Origin: an uncultured Verrucomicrobiota bacterium
Lineage (GTDB): Bacteria > Verrucomicrobiota > Kiritimatiellia > RFP12 > UBA3636
Assembly (NCBI GenBank): GCA_949295265.1
Contig: CASFKR010000004.1
Coordinates: forward strand, 1 to 63,096
Reading direction: 5' to 3'
DNA: 63,096 nucleotides
This document shows, piece by piece, positions 39,301 to 46,677 of the stretch. The position numbers and the translations under genes are program-made. The first letter of the stretch is position 1, and each line of letters opens with the position of its first letter. The notes under the pieces were generated by a model. It was not told the origin of the DNA and did not search any database. It was given only the letters and a program-made list of their open reading frames with translations.

Positions 39301-39875
39301 GCGCTCCCTGCAATCCGTACCCGATTGCTTCGGTGTTCAATGGTGCCGCATACCGGCACAGCGGCGGCACCGCCTCCAACACCGTCACAGAAGCGGAGGC
39401 GCTCAATCTCGCCATAAACCTGATTTCCGCATTCGACACGGAAGCGACCCGCATCGAGTCGAAGCGCTTCAAGACCTCCCGCCGCGTTGTCTCCCGTCTT
39501 TCCGATATCGGCATGGCCGCCGATTACGACGGCAACGGTGAGGAGCGGAGTCCGATTCTCGATGCGATGCTGAACGATTTCTCCAGGAAGCCGGTCAGCG
39601 ACGCGGAGCGCGAGAGTCTCCTGAACTCCGTCATCAACGGCTTCACGACGCGCGGTCAGAGCTACCTCATCCTGCTCCGGGCGGATGCCTATACGCCCAA
39701 CTACGGCTACGAGGACTCCACGTCCGACGGCACCACACTCGCAACCACGCGCGCCATCGTGGAGGTCTTCCGCGATCCGGAGCCCGCCCGCATGACGGAC
39801 GGCTCGCTCGTGGAGGATAAGGACGGTCCCGTGGCCTACCACAACTGGCTGATCCGCTCCTACCGCGTCTTCTGA
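36369..39875 (+). CDS. Giant GspK-like minor pseudopilin (about 1168 aa)
   Basis: MKNRQSEG|SALVVVLGILSVMMLMAIAF lacks Glu+5, as GspK does. GRYAFVVLDTTGLLDMNKA resembles the GspK DExGKxNLN box. It is about 3.5 times the canonical GspK length. Confidence 0.75.
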   Translation: MKNRQSEGSALVVVLGILSVMMLMAIAFSMFTRTERSGTTNLKNSFVARQSLQTALSRALEAVDLSFDNPSNNWAVPVWREPYLASSSEASDDYFHSRQLDNNENAEAKILNAEMAACLTPAQLALVRSADVQWAPIYASIGAKGRVHGTSSGIYGEEGRVADDALIGRYAFVVLDTTGLLDMNKAGYDQDSGAREDTSGEDPSAFILPTRTSTDYPLSMRNAKEFLAGRRKAGSFFSTADMISWTALQDCDRLGIKKGDYPSMAFLYPGDSDRLQNSCKGTADDGPYFPADLFSGVTTSLDEITPEGHPKIPLPDQDEIDSWDSGQKRNFARRTLGAMTRIFARSRSENRRSGTERAAAEDNNGNYEPKYRFFPNKNSYEVSRPRLATVALLDALDDDSVPGQWGSFNAWQDLDEISDLPLLLEDGTFASVDDPFSAPVSIRGNPLNFPMTEPAPALSMTWAFMNKKGGATYGTDGVGGIRDDIEGSGHVEGDPVGDACAQVYKQIEFEAKVGASARLSFADARNIPGITMDMSYDILLSNPEPGSVSKISRDDTSLIEYLNWGGTSVRDPKKIYWEVLHNGAWNALFDLDNNYISGSKKDNSGNWVLISRGFGVEDTKQFRVRCYAKDWPKQAEDGTWVGTWQFYEPTLFEEDPSQTPNANATDVYLPVRMKVTISNKDGDIQQVPAPALDDGDKSYWIRMNMGIVHTSGTETHVKNPNGSKGGLSVGWAMCAAPYFAFDTSSLYTDTRQGQSSYPEGMLVWMNDFVCRSMGEKWTDDLIKKMDEDGESAANDMMTFGGQAAPRFNILQQDYLFSAEYNEMPFTSWTMHRGKTCPDMAHTLVSGDQDTQLGEQDQAGSSFFSLNELMDREMPNGAFLSLGELGGVSCGPYETLSLFQTFRWTQDMVNGDFHRVFDYFTLTKQRAPDAKNIELNSTTYDPTANAVQFPAVHNGRVNLNAPQLVYYEDTVPPRATVDGAPCNPYPIASVFNGAAYRHSGGTASNTVTEAEALNLAINLISAFDTEATRIESKRFKTSRRVVSRLSDIGMAADYDGNGEERSPILDAMLNDFSRKPVSDAERESLLNSVINGFTTRGQSYLILLRADAYTPNYGYEDSTSDGTTLATTRAIVEVFRDPEPARMTDGSLVEDKDGPVAYHNWLIRSYRVF

Positions 39876-39979
39876 CGCTTCTCCATCGGCTCTCCTCTTT
39901 TCCGATGGCGTTTTCCGTTGAGGAACAGTCTCCGGGCTGTTCCTTCCCTTTCAGTTGAACACGCAGGGTTGACAGATTC

Positions 39980-42838
39980 ATGAGAAAACATTTTCTTCAA
40001 CGGTTCGTCGGCATGGTCGTTTTTTGCGCGAGTGCCGCCGTTTCTTCTGCTGAAGTGCTGATGGCAGACGGTTTCCAGACCGGAACCGGCGGCTATTCGG
40101 CGGGCAATGCACGCGACCAGCATGCAACCGCCGGGACGGTCGGGTTCAGTGCCTCCTCCTCCTGGGCGGGCGGCACGGGCATTCCGCATATCAGTGCAAA
40201 CGACGGGCTTGCGCTCCCGGAAACATTCCCGGCGGAAATGCTCTATGGCTCCGGGGCGTATATCGTGCGCAATTCGGGCACGGCGACCCCGGCCCGCGGG
40301 CTGTACCGTCTGGCGGATACGGCGGTCATCCCGGAAAGCGGGACGCTCTATTTCCGGATGCTGATGCGGATGGATTCCGGCGTAAACGCTTCGCTGGCCG
40401 AAGGACGCTATGCCGGCGGCGGCCTGCTCACGGAGACGTTCAACGGAACAAGCGACACGCTCAATACGCTCTCGGCGCGTCCGGACGGGCTTCAGTTCCT
40501 GTTCCGGAAAACCGCAGACGGAACGGACCTTGTTCTGGCGGCCGGCGGGCAGGATACCGTGCTCGTCCCGGCGGCGGACCTGCAGATCGGCGTTCCGTAT
40601 CTCTGCCTGGCGGAATGCGCCATCGGCGCCGGAGAAAACGGCGCGGAGGTCCTCCGCGCCTCGGCTGTTCCGGTGGCGGAGTGGGCGGGCTTTCCGTCCT
40701 GGAGCGACCCCGTCTCCGCAGAGCTTTGCGGCACGGACGGGACGTTTATCGGCATCGGTTTTTACTCGCCCTATCAGACCGGCAACACCTCGATGATTTT
40801 CGATGAGGCGGTGCTGGCGACCGCACTGAGCGATGTCGTCTATGCGGAGGGCGGCGTCTTTCTCTCGTACGGTTCCGCCGAGGCGGTTACCGCTCAGGAG
40901 GCGACGGTTTCCCTGACGGTCATCCCGAACGGAGGGACGGTTGCCTCCGTGACGCTTTCGTACCGGGAAGCCGGGACGGAGGCGTGGACGGAGGTTCCGT
41001 TTGCGGAGATCCCGGAAGATCTGATTTTTTCGTACACATTCACGGGGTTGGAACCGGCCGCCGGTTACGAGTATTTCCACACGGTTGTGACGGATCAGGG
41101 AACGGCGCAGACGCCCGTGCAGTCATTCGAAACGGTGGGCCTGGCTTCGTTCGGCGCCGTTACCGTTTCGCAGGATGAAACGTCCGGAGATCTGCAGTTT
41201 ACCTGTACGCTGGAGGATGCCGGATTCGGTACGCCCATCGTCGAGGCGCTCTACGGCACGGATGCAGATGCGCTGGAAGTCATTGAGACCTTCCCGGGCG
41301 CGGTTTCCGGTCAGGTGCTTTCGGTGAGCGTGGCGGCACCCGCAACGCCCGGCGTGTCGCAGTTCGTCCAGTTTCGTGCGACGACGTCCGTGGGCGACCG
41401 CGTGCGGACCGCCGTTTCGGAACTGGCGCAGTACGATTGGACCGGCTCAACGGTCTGGTCCAACGCTTCGGGCGACGGGCGCTGGTCGACGGCTGCCAAC
41501 TGGAACCCGGCGATGGTGCCGAATTCGCTGCTTTCGGCGGTGATCAACATCGCGGCGGATGTGAAAGCCGGTGCGGAAACGCTGACGGCGGAGTCGCTTT
41601 CCGTACAGGCTCCCGCCGCAACGGTGCGCTTTTCTTTCGCTCCGGAAACGCAGCTCACAGTCGGGGCGTTCAACTTCGCGACGGAGAGCGGCGCCAACGA
41701 TGTCCGGATGGAAATCCTCGGCGGCACGTTCCGGATTACGGGTTCGGACGCCTCGATTTGCCGCGGAACTTCGCGCTCGAAGATGGTCTTCCGGGACAGT
41801 GTGACGACCATGCGGAACATGACGATTACCGGCGGTACAAGCAACGCCTGGGAGATTCTGGACGGCGCCACGGTCAACGTCGGCAATGCCAACATCGGCG
41901 GTGCCGGGTTCTGCTCGGTGACCGTTGAAAAGGGCGGCGTGTGGGTCAACGGTTCGGTGACCACGTATTCGCAGCGCAACCGGATTGACGTCAATGGCGG
42001 CACGGTGACCAATTCCGGCGTGCTGGTCATCGGCAAGAACAACGGCTCCGGCGCGGACACCGTCCGCATCCGCAACGGCGGCGTCTGGATGCAGGGCGGC
42101 ACGGTCTCCATTGCCGGGCGCAATCAGGGGCATGTGCTGGAGGTCTCGGACGGCGGCCTGTTCGAAGGTGCCGCCGTGAAAGTCGGGCATAGCAGCGACG
42201 GCTGGGGCGCACCGACGGGGCGGATTGTCGTCTCGAACGGCACGTTCCGCGTCTCTTCGGTTTCGATGCCGGAGGATTCGCGCTATGGCGTCGGGCAGAC
42301 GGCCTTCGTGTACGGCGATACGCCGGAAGCGGCCCTCTTTACGGTGAGCGGCAATCTGCAGCTGGGATGCGGCTCCATTCTGGCCGGCCAGAACCACCAG
42401 GCGCAGAATGCATTCACCGTTGCGGGCGGTACCCTGCGCGTGGACGGCACCATCCGGCTCGGGTTGACGCATGACGCCAACACCAACAACACGCTGCGCC
42501 TGACGGGTCGCACCGCCGATGTGTCGGCAGCCGCGCTGACCGTCTCCAACGGCGACCGCGTGGTCTACGTGGTGCCCGCCGGTGCGGGCTACGAATCGCA
42601 GCCCGTCCTCCGGATTGACGGCACGGCGGCCTTCGATGCCGGATCGGGCATCCGCGTGGAAGTGCCGGACTTCGCAGCCGGACGCTTTACGCTGCTGTCC
42701 GCCGGGACGATTGCGGGGCTGGATGAAAGCATGATTGAAGTCACGGGCTCCCGCGCACGGGAATACTCCGTCGTGCTGACGGAGCAGACCGTGACGCTGC
42801 ACCTCAACAACAACGCCACGCTCCTGCTGGTACACTGA
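39980..42838 (+). CDS. Secreted 952-aa beta-helix protein with autotransporter-associated beta-strand (PATR) repeats and an FN3-like segment
   Basis: Signal peptide MRKHFLQRFVGMVVFCASAAVSSAEV. WSNASGDGRWSTAANWNPAMVPNS box and repeated GGT..V.G/NGG..tv motifs. I see no C-terminal barrel, PEP-CTERM or LPXTG signal. Confidence 0.75.
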   Translation: MRKHFLQRFVGMVVFCASAAVSSAEVLMADGFQTGTGGYSAGNARDQHATAGTVGFSASSSWAGGTGIPHISANDGLALPETFPAEMLYGSGAYIVRNSGTATPARGLYRLADTAVIPESGTLYFRMLMRMDSGVNASLAEGRYAGGGLLTETFNGTSDTLNTLSARPDGLQFLFRKTADGTDLVLAAGGQDTVLVPAADLQIGVPYLCLAECAIGAGENGAEVLRASAVPVAEWAGFPSWSDPVSAELCGTDGTFIGIGFYSPYQTGNTSMIFDEAVLATALSDVVYAEGGVFLSYGSAEAVTAQEATVSLTVIPNGGTVASVTLSYREAGTEAWTEVPFAEIPEDLIFSYTFTGLEPAAGYEYFHTVVTDQGTAQTPVQSFETVGLASFGAVTVSQDETSGDLQFTCTLEDAGFGTPIVEALYGTDADALEVIETFPGAVSGQVLSVSVAAPATPGVSQFVQFRATTSVGDRVRTAVSELAQYDWTGSTVWSNASGDGRWSTAANWNPAMVPNSLLSAVINIAADVKAGAETLTAESLSVQAPAATVRFSFAPETQLTVGAFNFATESGANDVRMEILGGTFRITGSDASICRGTSRSKMVFRDSVTTMRNMTITGGTSNAWEILDGATVNVGNANIGGAGFCSVTVEKGGVWVNGSVTTYSQRNRIDVNGGTVTNSGVLVIGKNNGSGADTVRIRNGGVWMQGGTVSIAGRNQGHVLEVSDGGLFEGAAVKVGHSSDGWGAPTGRIVVSNGTFRVSSVSMPEDSRYGVGQTAFVYGDTPEAALFTVSGNLQLGCGSILAGQNHQAQNAFTVAGGTLRVDGTIRLGLTHDANTNNTLRLTGRTADVSAAALTVSNGDRVVYVVPAGAGYESQPVLRIDGTAAFDAGSGIRVEVPDFAAGRFTLLSAGTIAGLDESMIEVTGSRAREYSVVLTEQTVTLHLNNNATLLLVH

Positions 42839-42872
42839 CGCTTTCCCCTGCGTTCGAAAAAAAAAATAAAAC

Positions 42873-42921
42873 GCGAACCCGTCCCTGCGCAACACGGCAG
42901 GGGCGGGTTCGCCTTTCTTTT
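42873..42921 (+). terminator. Strong intrinsic terminator closing the pseudopilin/PATR unit (A-tract upstream, so possibly bidirectional)
   Basis: 16-bp stem gcgaacccgtccctgc / gcaggggcgggttcgc (one G-U pair) with an 8-nt loop, followed by ctttctttt. It is preceded by aaaaaaaaaataaaa. Confidence 0.8.
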
Positions 42922-43174
42922 CCGCCCGCAGTGCAAACGGGCCGAAGAGACGCCTGGCTCAGCCGAACCAGAATGCGTAGAGCGCCGCGCGAAGCCCGTG
43001 GAACCGGATGCGCAGCGAGCCGGAGACAGGACGTACACGACGAACAGGACAGACAGGACGGCTAGCCTTTTCGCGCAGCCAAGCCAGTGCGATGAAGCCA
43101 GCGCAGCGAAACCATCAGTGGTACTGGTGGCGGAGCCGCTGGAAGGAGCCCGCCGCCACGACTCTGGAGGGGCA

Positions 43175-43343
43175 GGCTTATCCCGGATTTTTGAGCCACA
43201 CGGAGGGGCGGAGCCCCCTTCTGAAGTCTCCACGAACGTTCCGACCAAGGTGTCAAATAAGGACTTTTTCTCGGCGAAATAGACTACAGGAGCCATCTTT
43301 CAAGAAATCTGGATCAATTATCCCGAAAAATCCGGGATAAGCC
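43175..43343. repeat. Pair of perfect 18-bp inverted repeats (MITE/REP-like unit)
   Basis: ggcttatcccggattttt (43175-43192) and aaaaatccgggataagcc (43326-43343). A nested hairpin ttatcccg/cgggataa lies at about 43316-43340. Confidence 0.6.
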
Positions 43344-43718
43344 TGGAGGGGTCGAACGATGCAACCTCAAGCGGCAGATTGCCGCCCTCGGGATGAGCAA
43401 AGCGAATCCTGCAGCAGGGTGCTCATGGCATGGCTTCCCTTTGTTTTCCTCTGCGGGAATCCGGCTGAAAGAATTCAGGAGGACTCATCGATTTCCCGCT
43501 CCAGGAGCGTAAAAGGACGGTTTCGTTTTCTGCACGGGGAAAAGGAATGGCTTTTTTGCAAAAGCCGTATGATAGCATGGATTCGTGAAAGAAACATCGG
43601 ACCTGTTGCCGGGCGGCTGTTCCGGACCGGGTTGTGTGCACCGGATGTTTCCGGAATCCAGGCTTTTGTTCACCCGGATTCAATCCATGCCGACGTTCCG
43701 CCCAGGCGGATTGCCATC

Positions 43719-44953
43719 ATGAAACGGAGAAACCTTGTTCCCGCGTTTGTCCTCCCGACTGTTCTGGCAGCCGCAACCCTCCCGGCGCAGACGGTGCCCG
43801 GGACGCAGGAAGACATGAAACCGCAATCGCCGGAACAGGATGTGCAAGCGGACGCAAACGCGCTGCCGCGCACCATCTTTCCCGGGCCCCGCAAGGCTGT
43901 TGCAGGGCACGTGCAGGGAATGGCCGTCGACCTTGAGCGGCGGCACGTCTACTTTTCGTACACGACGGAACTGGTGAAAACCGACTTTGAGGGAAAGGTT
44001 CTCGGCAGTGTAAAAGGATTGACGGGGCACCTCGGGTGCATTTCGTACAATCCGGAAGACGGCAAGGTGTACGGCTCGCTCGAATTCAAAAACGACGCCA
44101 TCGGCCGCAGCATCCGCAAGTCCATCGCGGAGGCGCAAAACGGTGCCGCCGACGGCGACGCGCCTGTCGCCGTCGGATTCTATGTGGCCGCATTCGACGG
44201 GCAAAACATCACGCGCCCGGACATGGATGCGGAAGACGCCTCCGTTCTGAAGACCGTGTTCCTCCGGGAGGTCTGCGACGATCACACCGCCACCGTCGTC
44301 AACAACGGACGGCAGGTTGAACACCGCTTCGGCTGCTCCGGGATTGACGGCACGACCCTTGCGCCGGGGTTCGGGGCCGACCGCGGGCGCACGTTTGTCT
44401 ACGTGGCATATGGCGTCTACAAGGACGCGACGCGGACCGACAACGATTATCAGGTCATTCTCGCATACGACCTCGAAACCCTCGCGCCGTACTGGTCACG
44501 GCACACGCGCGAGGGGCTGCACCGCAACGGTCCGGATAAGCCGATGCAAAATACTTTGTGTACACCGGCAACACGAGTTACGGCGTACAGAATCTCGCCG
44601 ATGATCCGCACTCGGGCAACTTCTTCATGGCCGCATACAAGGGGAACAAACAGCAGTTCCCCCAGTACACTCTCTTCGTCGTCGACGGAAGCAGGCCGCC
44701 GTGCCGCGAACCGCTGAAGGGCTTTGACGGCGAAACGTACGGGGACGTTCTTCCGCTGCTCGAAAAAGGCAATGTTTCCCATGGCATCTACGGGTGGGAC
44801 TTCCCGTTCGGCCCGTGGGGCATGGCTCCGGTGGGCGGCGGGCTCTTCTATCTGGTCGATTCCTGGGCAACCGTCGACGGACGGAAAGGGTGCGCCGCGA
44901 ACCTGTATCGCTTTACGGGCGCCGCCGATGCCGCCTTCGAGCCGGTGAAATAA
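43719..44953 (+). pseudogene. Secreted hypothetical protein gene interrupted by a single frameshift near 44540-44557
   Basis: MKRRNLVPAFVLPTVLAAATLPAQT signal peptide. The protein-like frame ends around ...HRNGPDKP and continues in another frame as (K)YFVYTGNTSYGVQNLADDPHSGNFFMAAYKG... to 44953. The junction contains an A4 run. Confidence 0.6.
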
Positions 44954-44979
44954 ACCGCTCCGCTCCGGTCCGTTGGAGG

Positions 44980-46272
44980 CTACGGCGCATCGGGGCCGGG
45001 ATAGCCGAAGAAAGGCAGGCGCGGCGCGGGTGCGGACGGTTCTTCGAAGGGGATGCCGGCATGGTGCGCGATGGTGCGCGCTTCGTCAAAGGCGCCGGGA
45101 ATGCCGCGCGCGCGCTCCACGAGATCGGCCAGACGGCCGTTGGCGAGCAGCGCGGGCAGCGTTTCGCCGGGTTCCCGTTTCTGGTGCGTTTCGTAATAGC
45201 CGTGGATGGCGCCGAGAATGCCGTTGGCGGTGGCGTCGCTGATCTGCCCCAGCTCCAGCAGCCGGTAGCAGAACGCCTCGGCGCTGACACCGAAATGGCG
45301 TTTGACGCGGAGCACCAGCGGGAAGGTCCAGTCGTTGCGCCCCGCCCCCAGCGAGGCTGCGGCGAAGAGCACCGCCGCGCGCGGCAGCAGGAAGCAGGCG
45401 GCGAAATATTTGGCGAAGCGCCGGTTGGTTTCCGCCGATTCATGCACGGGTTTGCCGTTGTTGCGGGTAAACAGGAACAGGTACGCCAGTTCGATGGCCA
45501 GCCGGAAGAGCTGTTTTTCCGGCGTGAGCGCGTCGTTGATGATGAGGAAGGCGCTTTCGTGCTCCCGCTCGTAGAAGGAGAGGCTTTCGTTGCCGCCGGG
45601 CAGCGGCAGAAAGAGAATCCGGATGCCGCGGTTTTCCAGCACGGAGACGTAATCCAGCACGATGGAATCGCCGAGCCCGAGAAAGCGGCGGACCGAATCG
45701 GCGAGCGCTTCGGCGCCGTCGGCGTCGGGCTGAAACGGGAAGGAGAGCGGAATGGCGGCTTTGCGGAAGGCACCGCAGATGGCCTCGACGCGCAGGTAGT
45801 CGGTGATGCGCCGCTCGATTTCCGAAACGGTATCTTCGGAGGGCAGGGGTGCCGCATAGGAATCCTGCCGCATGGTGCGCAGGATGCCGCGCCGCGAAAG
45901 CGGTGCGAACAGCTTGTCTTCCGGCGTTTCGAAGAGTTCGCGCAGCCCCGGCAGGAGCGCTTCGGTTTCTCCCGCGCCGTCGGTCATGTTCTGCGGCGGC
46001 GATTCGCCGCGCATGGCGATGCGCAGCAGGTCATCCGGCGTCGTGCCGAGCGCCGCACAGACGCGCCGCAGCGTGCGGAGCGAGGGCTGGCGGCGCCCGA
46101 GCTCGAGCGAACAGATCTGCCCCGATTTCATGCCGCAGAGCTGCGCCAGTTCCTTTTGGCGGAGGCCGCGGCGTCCCCGCAGTTGCCGCAGGGCCTGGCC
46201 GATGCGGGCCGCTTCACCGGCCGGTTCGGAGACGTCCGCGGATGCGGGCGGGCGGAGTCGTTTCTGTGCCAT
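44980..46272 (-). CDS. XRE-family HTH regulator fused to an ImmA/IrrE (M78)-like domain with a degenerate metal site
   Basis: HTH: LRQKELAQLCGMKSGQICSLELGRRQPSLRTL. The central domain aligns from memory to DUF955/ImmA, but the HExxH position reads AIELAY. Confidence 0.7.
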   Translation of the reverse strand: MAQKRLRPPASADVSEPAGEAARIGQALRQLRGRRGLRQKELAQLCGMKSGQICSLELGRRQPSLRTLRRVCAALGTTPDDLLRIAMRGESPPQNMTDGAGETEALLPGLRELFETPEDKLFAPLSRRGILRTMRQDSYAAPLPSEDTVSEIERRITDYLRVEAICGAFRKAAIPLSFPFQPDADGAEALADSVRRFLGLGDSIVLDYVSVLENRGIRILFLPLPGGNESLSFYEREHESAFLIINDALTPEKQLFRLAIELAYLFLFTRNNGKPVHESAETNRRFAKYFAACFLLPRAAVLFAAASLGAGRNDWTFPLVLRVKRHFGVSAEAFCYRLLELGQISDATANGILGAIHGYYETHQKREPGETLPALLANGRLADLVERARGIPGAFDEARTIAHHAGIPFEEPSAPAPRLPFFGYPGPDAP

Positions 46273-46325
46273 GGAATACCTCCTTCGGGAACAGGGGCGG
46301 GAGAAGATGAAAGCGGAACGGCGGA

Positions 46326-46646
46326 TCAGGTGTTTTCAGCGGACGCCGGAAGCGCTTCCAGCAGGAAGCTGACGGGACGGAAGCCGTCGTTGCACGAGAC
46401 GAGCGCCGTGCGCGGGTTTTTCATCCAGCCGTCGTAGAGCCCCGTCCCGCCCGAGCCCAGTGCCAGCACAAACGGAAAGAGCGTCTGCCATGCGCTTTCG
46501 CAGAGACCTTCCGGTTTCTCCGCCGTTGTGGCGAGAAAGACCTCGCCTTCGCGGTGCGGGCACGGGTTGGGCAGCGGATTTTCGTATTCCGCCATCAGGT
46601 CGCGGTGGCAGACGATGCGGCGGATGGTGATGCGGACGGGGATCAT
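46326..46646 (-). CDS. TIGR04076-family small protein
   Basis: 106 aa. ...CPHREGEVF...PEGLCESAW...SCNDGFRPVSFLLE matches the remembered TIGR04076 pattern (C..G.EF...P.GFC..AW...CCTDGFRPV.F). Confidence 0.7.
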   Translation of the reverse strand: MIPVRITIRRIVCHRDLMAEYENPLPNPCPHREGEVFLATTAEKPEGLCESAWQTLFPFVLALGSGGTGLYDGWMKNPRTALVSCNDGFRPVSFLLEALPASAENT

Positions 46647-46677
46647 GCGGCGGAGCGGAGCAGGGTGGGGCGGGGGA

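Noticed and set aside
36273-39842. 1189-aa minus-strand ORF
   Set aside because: It is antisense to the GspK-like gene. The plus-strand product has a prepilin-type N-terminus and fits the operon, while the minus-strand product is Arg/Gly/His-rich nonsense.
39969-39974. Perfect TTGACA hexamer upstream of the PATR gene
   Set aside because: It lies only 5 nt before the ATG, too close to serve as a -35 element for this gene.
44537-44560. Possible programmed -1 ribosomal frameshift at the split secreted-protein gene
   Set aside because: I see no X_XXY_YYZ slippery heptamer and no obvious downstream pseudoknot or hairpin. A 1-nt indel in the A4 run is the simpler explanation.
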